From Desulfocapsa sulfexigens DSM 10523 (GTDB taxonomy: Bacteria; Desulfobacterota; Desulfobulbia; Desulfobulbales; Desulfocapsaceae), in the NCBI RefSeq assembly GCF_000341395.1, contig NC_020304.1, forward strand, positions 1,650,001 to 1,682,000: DNA of 32,000 nucleotides, in the 5' to 3' direction. This document shows positions 16,937-24,812 of this stretch, piece by piece (the first letter of the stretch is position 1; each line of letters starts with the position of its first letter). A program made the translations under genes and the position numbers. Below the pieces are notes generated by a model. That model saw nothing but the letters and a program-made list of their open reading frames with translations. It was not told the DNA's origin and ran no database searches.

Positions 16937-17302
16937 ATGGCAAGGAAATCCTCAAAAAGCAATTCCGGTCTTGTGTACTCTACTGAATCCGGCACCATGT
17001 GTCCCGGATGCAATAAACAGCAGAAGAAGTGTGCGTGTAAGCAAACACAGGCCATCCCAAAAGATGGTATTGTCAGGCTGATGCGGGAAACCAAGGGGCG
17101 TAAAGGAAAAGGGGTTACCCTTATTAATGGTCTGCCGCTTGCCCCTGTGGAGCTGAAGAAATTTGCAAAACTGCTAAAACAGAAATGCGGCAGTGGCGGC
17201 AGTGTCAAAAATGGAGTCGTCGAAATCCAGGGCGATCACAGGGACACGTTGGAGAAAGAATTAGCGTCACGTGGTTATACAGTAAAACGGGCTGGTGGTT
17301 GA
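16937..17302 (+). CDS. yciH: SUI1/eIF1-family translation initiation factor-like protein YciH
   Basis: 121 aa with an N-terminal CPGC...CAC zinc-knuckle-like segment and a SUI1 core (IVRLMRETKGRKGKGVTLINGL...LKQKCGSGGSVKNGVVEIQGDHRD). Confidence 0.87.
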   Translation: MARKSSKSNSGLVYSTESGTMCPGCNKQQKKCACKQTQAIPKDGIVRLMRETKGRKGKGVTLINGLPLAPVELKKFAKLLKQKCGSGGSVKNGVVEIQGDHRDTLEKELASRGYTVKRAGG

Positions 17303-17306
17303 AAAT

Positions 17307-17990
17307 ATGGCTTATACACATCGCATAGTTCAGCCCAGTAGGATAGAGGGCACCGTCTTTTCAGAATCGGGGGAGCGACTCACCCCGCCGCGAGGCTGGG
17401 CATTTCTTGAGGCAGGAGATGCCGCGGTAACCAGAAGTGTCAAGGCAAAGGGTGAAACCTGGGTGGTACAGATCCGTAAAGGGAGACGGATGAGCACGAG
17501 AGGAATTTGGGCCAGAGAACAGGATATCCATGAATCACGCAAAGAGGTTGAGGCAAAAAAAGCCACTCCCGAGTATGCTAAAAGGCGTTCAGCAGATCTT
17601 GCCAGGCGTTCCCTGAAACAGGAACAGTATCATGTGGATTTTTGCACTGAGGTTATTCAATTCCTTGGCTTTCATCCACGTTACCAGATGGAAGCGGCAT
17701 TTCTTGGAAAAAAGATAAGCGAACATGCCACTCCCGTTGGAAGTGGCACGGTTGCTCGAACTGAACGAATCCCCATAGCTGCACGTGCAGAGGCGGCCAC
17801 TATCGCCTGGATGCGTCATCGGACTACGGCCTATGATTCCATGAGGATTGCCAGAGTGAAAGGTAAAAGAAGGGAAATCCGCAGACAACTAGCGGCGCAA
17901 TCAGTCAAGGTATTGCAGGCATATCGCCAAGGTGATGAACCGGGCGATAACTGTCCTCTACAAAAGGTATTACTGAAAGAAAATATATGA
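17307..17990 (+). CDS. DUF2293-like protein
   Basis: 227 aa and basic. The C-terminal segment [30 protein letters not shown] resembles the DUF2293 core (R-H-x-x-T-x-Y-D). This comes from memory of the family and was not searched. The ATG lies 4 nt after the yciH stop, and its own stop overlaps the rhlE ATG (ATGA). Confidence 0.6.
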   Translation: MAYTHRIVQPSRIEGTVFSESGERLTPPRGWAFLEAGDAAVTRSVKAKGETWVVQIRKGRRMSTRGIWAREQDIHESRKEVEAKKATPEYAKRRSADLARRSLKQEQYHVDFCTEVIQFLGFHPRYQMEAAFLGKKISEHATPVGSGTVARTERIPIAARAEAATIAWMRHRTTAYDSMRIARVKGKRREIRRQLAAQSVKVLQAYRQGDEPGDNCPLQKVLLKENI

Positions 17991-19279
17991 AATTTGAATC
18001 TCTGGGGCTATCTGCCCCTGTTTTACAGGCCGTTACTGAGGCTGGATACGAAATGCCTACTCCCATCCAGGTTCAGGCAATTCCCGCAGTACTTGAAGGC
18101 AGAGATGTGATGGCTGCTGCTCAGACAGGAACAGGGAAAACTGCAGGTTTTGTCCTGCCCATACTGGAGCTGCTGGTAAAGGGAAACCGGGCTCGGGTGA
18201 ATCAGGCGCGTGTTCTTGTTCTCACTCCTACCCGTGAGCTTGCAGCTCAGATTGAGGCGAGTGTTACGACCTATGGTAAGCATTTAGCTCTTCGTTCCGC
18301 CGTGGTTTTTGGTGGGGTAAAGATCAACCCCCAGATGATGAAGTTGCGTAAAGGGGTGGATATTCTCGTGGCAACCCCGGGCCGGCTTCTGGATCTTCAT
18401 CGTCAGAATGCGGTGAGCTTTAAACAGCTTGAAGTACTGGTTCTTGATGAGGCGGATAGGATGCTGGATATGGGATTTATCCACGATATCCGTAAAATAT
18501 TGGCCGTCTTACCCAGAACCCGGCAAACGCTGATGTTTTCTGCGACCTTTTCAATCGATATTCGGAGCCTTGCAAAAACACTGGTTCGTAATCCTGTTGA
18601 GATTTCGGTCACTCCTCCTAACAGTACCGTTGAGGCCATAGAACACTGGATTGCACCCGTTGATAAAAAACAGAAACCAGCCCTCCTTGCCCATCTGATC
18701 ACTAAACAGAAGTGGGAGAGAGTATTGGTGTTCAGCAGAACCAAACACGGGGCAAATCGGCTCACCGGTTATCTGGAAGGGAATAAAATCACTGCAGCAG
18801 CGATTCATGGCAATAAGAGCCAGAACGCCCGTACAAAGGCTTTGGCTGATTTTAAGGAAGGGCGAATTCGAATCCTGGTTGCGACGGACATTGCAGCACG
18901 CGGCATTGATATTGACCAGCTGCCCCAGGTAGTGAATTTTGATTTACCCAATGTGGCAGAGGACTATATTCATCGTATTGGTCGCACTGGTCGGGCTGGC
19001 TCTGCTGGTCAGGCCATCTCTCTGGTCAGTGCCGATGAGATGCCGCAGCTTGTTGATATAGAACGTCTCCTTAGAAAGCTGCTTGAGCGGAGACTGATAG
19101 AGGGTTTTGAGCCGGTGCATGAGCTGCCTCAGTCACGTCTTGATCTTCGTCCCGTGAAACGAAAAAGACCGAAGAAACCAAAGACAGGACATCTGGATGG
19201 TCAGCGTTCCGGTTCGAATTCTCAAGGGAATCGACCGGCGTGCAGCAGGTCAAAATCAAGATCGAGACATAGGTCGTAA
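17987..19279 (+). CDS. rhlE: DEAD-box ATP-dependent RNA helicase RhlE
   Basis: Q motif (F..LGL...PTPIQ), motif I AQTGTGKT, motif II DEAD, motif III SAT, motif [12 protein letters not shown], and an Arg/Lys/Ser-rich C-terminal tail. Confidence 0.93.
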   Translation: MKFESLGLSAPVLQAVTEAGYEMPTPIQVQAIPAVLEGRDVMAAAQTGTGKTAGFVLPILELLVKGNRARVNQARVLVLTPTRELAAQIEASVTTYGKHLALRSAVVFGGVKINPQMMKLRKGVDILVATPGRLLDLHRQNAVSFKQLEVLVLDEADRMLDMGFIHDIRKILAVLPRTRQTLMFSATFSIDIRSLAKTLVRNPVEISVTPPNSTVEAIEHWIAPVDKKQKPALLAHLITKQKWERVLVFSRTKHGANRLTGYLEGNKITAAAIHGNKSQNARTKALADFKEGRIRILVATDIAARGIDIDQLPQVVNFDLPNVAEDYIHRIGRTGRAGSAGQAISLVSADEMPQLVDIERLLRKLLERRLIEGFEPVHELPQSRLDLRPVKRKRPKKPKTGHLDGQRSGSNSQGNRPACSRSKSRSRHRS

Positions 19280-19562
19280 TTGGCAGTTGTATGAGAAAAC
19301 GGATACGAATAGATATCGATTACCGTAAGGACTGTTGATGGGGTTTTAAGGACGTGCGGGCACGTCTCAAGAGTATGGATTACGGAATGGAGTTTCATTT
19401 TTTCTGTGTCCCCCATATGGCTGACCGGATGAGAAAACTGGTACCCGAGAGTGGCGGTGAGATCACTAACCGAGATGACCGATCCTATGGTGTGGTGTTA
19501 TCTGTTCGTAAATGTGTATGATAAAAAGACAGCACTTTGTATGAATACAGGAGAATGTCATT

Positions 19563-20540
19563 ATGAATAGTTTTGGCCATATGTTTCGAGTTTCCATTTT
19601 CGGTGAAAGCCATGGTATCCAGATTGGTGTGGTGATCGATGGCTGCCCTCCAGGAATAGCACTTACTGAGGATGATCTTAAAGAAGATTTTGCTCGGCGG
19701 CGTGCTGGTGGTCGTGGCACAACTCCGCGGGTTGAGCCGGATATCCCAAGTATTGTTTCCGGTGTGTTTCAGGGAAAAACAACCGGAGCGCCACTCACCA
19801 TCGTTTTTGAAAACACCAATATTAAATCGGGCGATTATTCTAACCTCTGGGATCAACCGCGACCGGGCCATGCCGATTATACAGCCCAGCAGAAGTACAG
19901 CGGGTATAATGACCCGCGGGGTGGTGGTCATTTTTCAGGAAGGATTACCCTGGGTATTGTGGCAGCAGGGGTGGTTGCCAAGAAGATCCTTGGTTCAGTT
20001 TCCGTCACTGCCACGCTGATCGAGGCGGGTGGCAGTAAAGATATTGCAGCAGCGGTGGAAGCAGCTATTGAGGCTAAAGACTCCATCGGTGGTCTTATTG
20101 AATGTCGCTGTACCAATATGCCTGTGGGGCTGGGGGAACCGTTTTTTGATTCTGCGGAAGCATTGATTGCCCATATGGTTTTTGCCGTACCAGCTACCCG
20201 AGGTATTGAGTTTGGCTCAGGCTTTGCTTCAGCGTCCATGAAGGGCAGTGAACACAATGACTGTATCACCGACGAAGAGGGGAAAACAGCCACAAATAAT
20301 GCCAGTGGCATAAATGGCGGCATCACCAATGGTAATGATATTGTCTTCCGGGTACCTATTAAGCCTACATCAAGCATAGGTCTTCCCCAGGATACCTATA
20401 ATTTTAAAGAAAAATCTGTATCTACCCTTCTTATTGAAGGGCGCCATGATGTGTGTATTGCGATCAGGATTCCAGTGGTTATTGAATGTGCAACTGCCAT
20501 TGTTCTCGCAGACTTGATGCTGCGCGAACGCAGGGGCTGA
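19563..20540 (+). CDS. aroC: Chorismate synthase
   Basis: FRVSIFGESHG, RPGHADY and EGRHDVCIAIRIPVVIE are chorismate synthase signatures. At 325 aa it is at the short end for the family. GGAGAA lies 8 nt upstream of the ATG. Confidence 0.92.
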   Translation: MNSFGHMFRVSIFGESHGIQIGVVIDGCPPGIALTEDDLKEDFARRRAGGRGTTPRVEPDIPSIVSGVFQGKTTGAPLTIVFENTNIKSGDYSNLWDQPRPGHADYTAQQKYSGYNDPRGGGHFSGRITLGIVAAGVVAKKILGSVSVTATLIEAGGSKDIAAAVEAAIEAKDSIGGLIECRCTNMPVGLGEPFFDSAEALIAHMVFAVPATRGIEFGSGFASASMKGSEHNDCITDEEGKTATNNASGINGGITNGNDIVFRVPIKPTSSIGLPQDTYNFKEKSVSTLLIEGRHDVCIAIRIPVVIECATAIVLADLMLRERRG

Positions 20541-20630
20541 TTTGCTTATTTGTTTTCCAGTATAGCCGAAATCCAACGGTATAAGTAATTATTAGCTATA
20601 GTTGTTCATGGAAAATAAATGAAAAAAAGT

Positions 20631-20656
20631 GGGGGTCAAGTCTTCCTTTGACCTTT
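20631..20656. repeat. Left 26-nt inverted repeat flanking the Y1-transposase-like gene
   Basis: The sequence is GGGGGTCAAGTCTTCCTTTGACCTTT. Its reverse complement AAAGGTCAAAGGAAGACTTGACCCCC matches 21644..21669 at 24 of 26 positions. It contains an internal hairpin, GGTCAA-n8-TTGACC. Confidence 0.8.
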
Positions 20657-20668
20657 GAACCGAATGTG

Positions 20669-20677
20669 TGATATAGT
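20669..20677 (+). promoter_or_regulatory. Extended -10 element (TGaTATAGT) positioned for a leaderless transcript
   Basis: TG-A-TATAGT ends at 20677, and the A of the ATG at 20684 is exactly 7 nt downstream, the usual TSS distance. No Shine-Dalgarno lies between them (AAAAAT). Confidence 0.45.
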
Positions 20678-20683
20678 AAAAAT

Positions 20684-21679
20684 ATGTCAAGACCACTACG
20701 TATAGAATATCCAGGCGCCTGGTATCATGTTATGAACCGGGGTAGGCGAAAAGAGAAGATATTCTTTTCGCCAAAGGATTATGAGCTTTTCCTCACCGTC
20801 CTTTATGAAACCGCGGAAATATTTAATCTCAAAGTTTCCGCCTACTGCCTTATGCCTAACCATTATCATCTACTACTCCATACCCCTGATGGTAATATCT
20901 CTCGCTGCATGAGGCACATCAACGGCGTTTATACCCAACGCTTCAATCGAGCAAACAAAAAAGACGGGCAGTTGTTCCGCGGACGTTTCAAGGCTGTCGT
21001 TGTGGATAACGATAATCATCTCCTTGAGGTGTTGCGCTACATCCACAACAATCCATTGCGGGCAGGGATGATTGAAAATGCGGATGATTTCAAATGGAGT
21101 AGTTATAAAGGATATTGTTCCAGGGCCAAAAAGTGGGATTGGTTATATAAGGATTTTTTATTGGCCATGTTTTCTGACAATCAAGGTCATGCCAGGAAGA
21201 TATACCTGGAATTTATGCAGGAACAGGAATCAGAGAAAATTCTAAACTTTTATACGAAGAAAAATTTGTCTTCCATCCTCGGTAATGATGGGTTTAAAGA
21301 TTGGATAAGGGAAAGGTTTCAAGAGTTACGATTTAAGCAAGATATACCTAAATCGAAAGAACTTGGGTTGAGAGGGGATATTATCAGAGAATTGGTGTGT
21401 AAAGAATTCAAGATTGGACATGATGAGCTCATGCATTCAAAACGTGGATCAATGAATCTTTCACGGGATGTGGCCATTTTTCTGCAGAGAAAATATTGCG
21501 GTCAAACCCTTACTGAATTGGGCGTGGATTATAACATTGCCAGTTATAGTAGTGTAAGCAGTGCGTTTGAGAGAACAAAGTTGCGATTGTTAAAAGATCG
21601 GAAACTACAAAGAAGGGTGTCCAAAATTGAAACCAAGCTCAACAAAGGTCAAAGGGAGACTTGCCCCCCCCCCTCTTGA
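20684..21679 (+). CDS. Y1/HUH (IS200/RAYT-like, COG1943) transposase-like protein fused to a DnaA domain-IV-like HTH
   Basis: The N-terminus has YHVMNRG, the HUH motif LMPNHYHLLLHTP, and the catalytic-Tyr context LRYIHNNPLRAG. The C-terminus RDVAIFLQRKYCGQTLTELGVDYNIASYSSVSSAFERTK resembles the DnaA C-terminal DNA-binding helix-turn-helix. Confidence 0.85.
   Translation: MSRPLRIEYPGAWYHVMNRGRRKEKIFFSPKDYELFLTVLYETAEIFNLKVSAYCLMPNHYHLLLHTPDGNISRCMRHINGVYTQRFNRANKKDGQLFRGRFKAVVVDNDNHLLEVLRYIHNNPLRAGMIENADDFKWSSYKGYCSRAKKWDWLYKDFLLAMFSDNQGHARKIYLEFMQEQESEKILNFYTKKNLSSILGNDGFKDWIRERFQELRFKQDIPKSKELGLRGDIIRELVCKEFKIGHDELMHSKRGSMNLSRDVAIFLQRKYCGQTLTELGVDYNIASYSSVSSAFERTKLRLLKDRKLQRRVSKIETKLNKGQRETCPPPS
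21644..21669. repeat. Right 26-nt inverted repeat (inside the 3' end of the Y1 gene) plus a C10 tract
   Basis: AAAGGTCAAAGGGAGACTTGCCCCCC matches the left repeat at 24 of 26 positions. It runs into a 10-C homopolymer (21664..21673) and a second TTGACC (21676..21681), which could pair with GGTCAA at 21647. Confidence 0.8.
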
Positions 21680-22225
21680 CCTAAATAAGCAAGCAAAATA
21701 TCAATTTCTCTCTTTGCGGGACGAGGCGAATCGACAGACACAATTAGTGTGATAGTCCACTAAGGTACCACTTGTTTGACACCCTTTATCTTTGAATCTC
21801 CGTCATATTATAGAACAATTTAGAGAAAATTAGAACACAAAAAAAACTAGACTTGGGCCAAACTGGGTCAGGTGATTGAGTTTTGCAGATATCACCAAGC
21901 GTATTCCTGAAAAGACCTCCTTGTATTCTTTGAGTACAAAAAAAACTCTATATAATCATATCTCTATCAGTAACGTTTATAGCTCTGCCATTGTTTGCGC
22001 GGAATGATTTTTCATCCCAGATACATATTGAACACGCAATAATAAAAGCACGACAATATTCAGATAAAAGCAAAATTGATTCAGATGGGAACTGTCTGTA
22101 ATCTTAAACACTTTTGCGGCAGGTTGTCATGTACCGTGAGCATTGCCACTTAGTATCCTGCCAGCCCATATCGAACCGTATTACAAGAAGTGTCAGTTCG
22201 GATATAACACAAGTACAGATACAAC

Positions 22226-22741
22226 CTATAGATTTTCAGGAGGATCCGTCAAATCTGGTGGTGTCTTTGCTAGTTTGTTGCGTAAAATCCATATCCCAAC
22301 AGCCAGGAAGAAAAAGAGTATACTGATTCGCAGCTGTGAACGACCCAGTTCTGCAGGTGCCATGATGGGGGGGACAATCAGCTTGCCCCATCTCTTGTGA
22401 ACCCAGAGTGAATATTCCTTCCCCATTTGAAAAGGCTGACTCAGTTGCTTGTCTTGATCGAATGCAAAGTCGGGTGCTTCTAAAATAGTCTCCTTTTCCT
22501 TGTACAAAAATGAGAATACCGGGATCATCCGAGGGGGTGCTTCGGAGTTCTTGGCTGAATGGATTTTGAATTCAATCACTGTAGCGTCTATTGGACTGTA
22601 ATCGCTACTGGTGTCCTCGGTGAAATACATGGTGTTGACACTGGTTCGGAAGAGGTGCCCTCCATTGAATAGAAAGAAGAGAGCAAGAAGGAGCAGGATT
22701 GTTGACTTCTGAGGCTTTTGTTCACTTTGTGCGTTTTCCAT
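22226..22741 (-). CDS. Hypothetical two-TM membrane protein (possibly DUF3592-like)
   Basis: 171 aa with an N-terminal TM (ILLLLALFFLFNGG), a soluble beta-rich middle, and a C-terminal TM (ISILFFFLAVGIWIL). No clear SD is present. The family guess is weak. Confidence 0.55.
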   Translation of the reverse strand: MENAQSEQKPQKSTILLLLALFFLFNGGHLFRTSVNTMYFTEDTSSDYSPIDATVIEFKIHSAKNSEAPPRMIPVFSFLYKEKETILEAPDFAFDQDKQLSQPFQMGKEYSLWVHKRWGKLIVPPIMAPAELGRSQLRISILFFFLAVGIWILRNKLAKTPPDLTDPPENL

Positions 22742-22989
22742 GGTGCTGATTATTCCACAAATTTGGGATGATTGCTATAAATGATATTCGTGTAATATGG
22801 GAGATTGAATTCCGGGCAATGGTGGTGAGATACAGTGTGGTAGGGGCGAGCCCGCTCCTGTAGGTGAACCTTGTATGCGGATTTGCTGGGCCAATTCCTT
22901 TCGGTCAAACGAAACCATAAGCAACTCTGTCGGCGCTGATTCAGAGGTGACCGGATATGGCGTGGCTTCGCTGGAAGAAATTGAGACGA

Positions 22990-23163
22990 CTATTTGTGAG
23001 TAACAACTCCACTCATTCCCACACAGTCCCTGCAGTATTTCTGGTCAGTGGATTCGCTCTTGCATTCAGGACAGAATTTCTTGCCACAGCTGCGGCAGGC
23101 GTTGAGAGAGGAAGGCTTGACCTCTTTTTCACAGATTTGACAGCGTGTTGTTTCCTTTGTCAT
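22990..23163 (-). CDS. Small double-zinc-ribbon protein (57 aa, four CxxC pairs)
   Basis: The internal ATG at 23163 is preceded by AAGAGGTG about 5 nt upstream. The product MTKETTRCQICEKEVKPSSLNACRSCGKKFCPECKSESTDQKYCRDCVGM has the spacing CxxC-x10-CxxC-x4-CxxC-x10-CxxC, a DZR-like arrangement. Confidence 0.6.
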   Translation of the reverse strand: MTKETTRCQICEKEVKPSSLNACRSCGKKFCPECKSESTDQKYCRDCVGMSGVVTHK

Positions 23164-23302
23164 AGTGCACCTCTTTGTGGAAGTTTTACGTATTTTATCA
23201 CAAATCAAAATGAAGCTGAAAGGTTTTTGGAAAATAGTTGCAAGATTTTACAGAGGTGAAGTCAGTAAGTGAGAAGGTGTAGGAATAATAAAGGAAGAAT
23301 CG

Positions 23303-24367
23303 TTAGCGTTTTTTTAGTGCAGTTAGCAAAGGCACAATCGACAGAATAGCTAAAAGCAGAACTGCCAGCATTGAAATGTATTGAGGAAGAATCTCACTGG
23401 CCTTGCCAACAATGGCTGTTGCGGATATTCCCAGGGACAAGTAGATCATGTCCAGGATCAGGCCACAGATTACTGCAATACTTGCTATGGCAGCAAGGTA
23501 GATTGCCGTGGCTTTTTTGCCTAGAATTCCAAAAAGTACTGACAGAGAAGTTATATTGGTTGCAGGTCCTACAAGCAGAAAGACCAGGGCAGTACCCGGG
23601 CTTACCCCTTTCAGGATAAATGCCGCAGCGACAGGTGTTGATGCTGTGGCACAGATGTACAGCGGGATTCCAAGACAGAGCATAAGGAGCATAGATGATA
23701 ATCCACCTCCAAGATAGCTGCGTATCAGTTCGTCCGGTATAAGAACGGTAATAACACCCGCTGCAATAAGCCCCACAAAAAACCATCCTGCCAGATCCCC
23801 CCATATATCAAAGGCTGCATAACGCAGTCCTGAAGTCAGTCTGTTAATGATTCGTTGATCTGTCTCCGTAGAGTTGGAACATTCTCCTGAACAACCACAA
23901 TTCGATTGGGCAAGCGTTAAAGCCACAGGGCTCTTTTCACGGTCTGGAGGCTGAAATAAATTAATGCCAATACCAGCTACCATTGCAGAAATAAATGCGG
24001 AAACTGGGCGTGCGACTGTCATGATCGGGTCGAGGAGGGCATAGGTGATGGAGATGGAGTCTACTCCGGATTCGGGGGTGGAAATAAGAAATGCGGCTGT
24101 GGCACCTTTATTTGCCCCCTGTTTCTTGAGGGAGGCGGCAGCGGGTAATACTCCGCAGGAGCAGAGTGGAATTGGAATTCCCAATAATGATGCCTTGATG
24201 ACCGAGCTGAAACGTCCACGACCTAGATGTCTGGCAACGTAATCTGCTGAGAGAAACACCTTCAACATTCCACCAATGAGCAGGCCGAAGAGCATATAGG
24301 GTGCCGATTGGACAAGAAGCCACCAGCTTGCCTGAAGTACTTGGGTGAGAAAGGTTATTGCAGTCAT
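23303..24367 (-). CDS. COG0701-type permease (ArsP / SO_0444-like metal or metalloid transporter)
   Basis: 354 aa and polytopic. It has a PLCSCG motif in an early TM and a central Cys-rich loop, SNCGCSGECSNS. The ATG lies 2 nt after the ArsR stop, so the two form an operon. Confidence 0.82.
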   Translation of the reverse strand: MTAITFLTQVLQASWWLLVQSAPYMLFGLLIGGMLKVFLSADYVARHLGRGRFSSVIKASLLGIPIPLCSCGVLPAAASLKKQGANKGATAAFLISTPESGVDSISITYALLDPIMTVARPVSAFISAMVAGIGINLFQPPDREKSPVALTLAQSNCGCSGECSNSTETDQRIINRLTSGLRYAAFDIWGDLAGWFFVGLIAAGVITVLIPDELIRSYLGGGLSSMLLMLCLGIPLYICATASTPVAAAFILKGVSPGTALVFLLVGPATNITSLSVLFGILGKKATAIYLAAIASIAVICGLILDMIYLSLGISATAIVGKASEILPQYISMLAVLLLAILSIVPLLTALKKR

Positions 24368-24369
24368 GG

Positions 24370-24753
24370 TTACTCTCTGGTGTGTTTCAACGCTATCAGC
24401 ATAAGTTCATTGATATGATGGTCGTTGAGCCGATAATAGAGTACCTGCCCCTCTCGTCTATTGCTGACCAGATGCAGTTGTCGCAGCATGCGGAGTTGAT
24501 GGCTCACTGCAGACTCTGAAACCTTAAGAAAAGCTGCTATGTCACAGACGCACATCTCCTCCTTTTCAAGGGCCCAGAGGACTTTTAAACGATTGGCATC
24601 TCCCATGGCTTTGAAAAGCTGTGCCATATGCAGATTTTCATGTTCTGGCAGGGCATGTGCAGTTGCATCTGAAACGCGAGATTCATGAATACATCTGCAG
24701 TTGCAAAGGTCTTTTAAGTTTTCTTCAGAGGGCATTTTTCTAATCCAATTCAT
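24370..24753 (-). CDS. ArsR/SmtB-family metal(loid)-sensing transcriptional repressor
   Basis: wHTH core LFKAMGDANRLKVLWALEKEEMCVCDIAAFLKVSESAVSHQLRMLR, with the alpha3 CVC sensing motif and an extra N-terminal CNCRC cluster. The true start may be the ATG at 24735 (MPSEEN...), because the operator abuts 24753. Confidence 0.88.
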   Translation of the reverse strand: MNWIRKMPSEENLKDLCNCRCIHESRVSDATAHALPEHENLHMAQLFKAMGDANRLKVLWALEKEEMCVCDIAAFLKVSESAVSHQLRMLRQLHLVSNRREGQVLYYRLNDHHINELMLIALKHTRE

Positions 24754-24785
24754 TTTATTATATGATCATTTGTTCATATAATAAA
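24754..24785. promoter_or_regulatory. Perfect 12-8-12 inverted repeat, candidate ArsR operator overlapping the promoter
   Basis: The arms are TTTATTATATGA (24754-24765) and TCATATAATAAA (24774-24785), exact reverse complements separated by an 8-nt spacer. The repeat lies in the 59-bp hrpB-arsR gap. On the minus strand each arm contains a -10-like hexamer (TATTAT / TATAAT), and TTGCTT sits 16 nt upstream of TATTAT. Confidence 0.65.
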
Positions 24786-24812
24786 ATGAATTGGCAAAAA
24801 AGCAAGGGAAAT

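Larger units (their letters stand above)
20631..21669 (+). mobile_element. Single-gene cassette: Y1-transposase-like gene bracketed by 26-nt inverted repeats (REP/RAYT-like or domesticated element)
   Basis: The inverted repeats sit at 20631..20656 and 21644..21669, and each has hairpin potential. I saw no target-site duplication and no second copy of the repeat elsewhere in the window. Confidence 0.5.

Noticed and set aside
19222-19416. 64-aa minus-strand ORF in the rhlE-aroC spacer
   Set aside because: It overlaps the rhlE 3' end, has no SD and has no recognisable sequence features.
22114-22400. Two plus-strand ORFs (70 and 85 aa) overlapping the 3' end of 22226..22741(-)
   Set aside because: They have no SD and no motifs, and they overlap a minus-strand ORF with a clear two-TM architecture. 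I consider them spurious.
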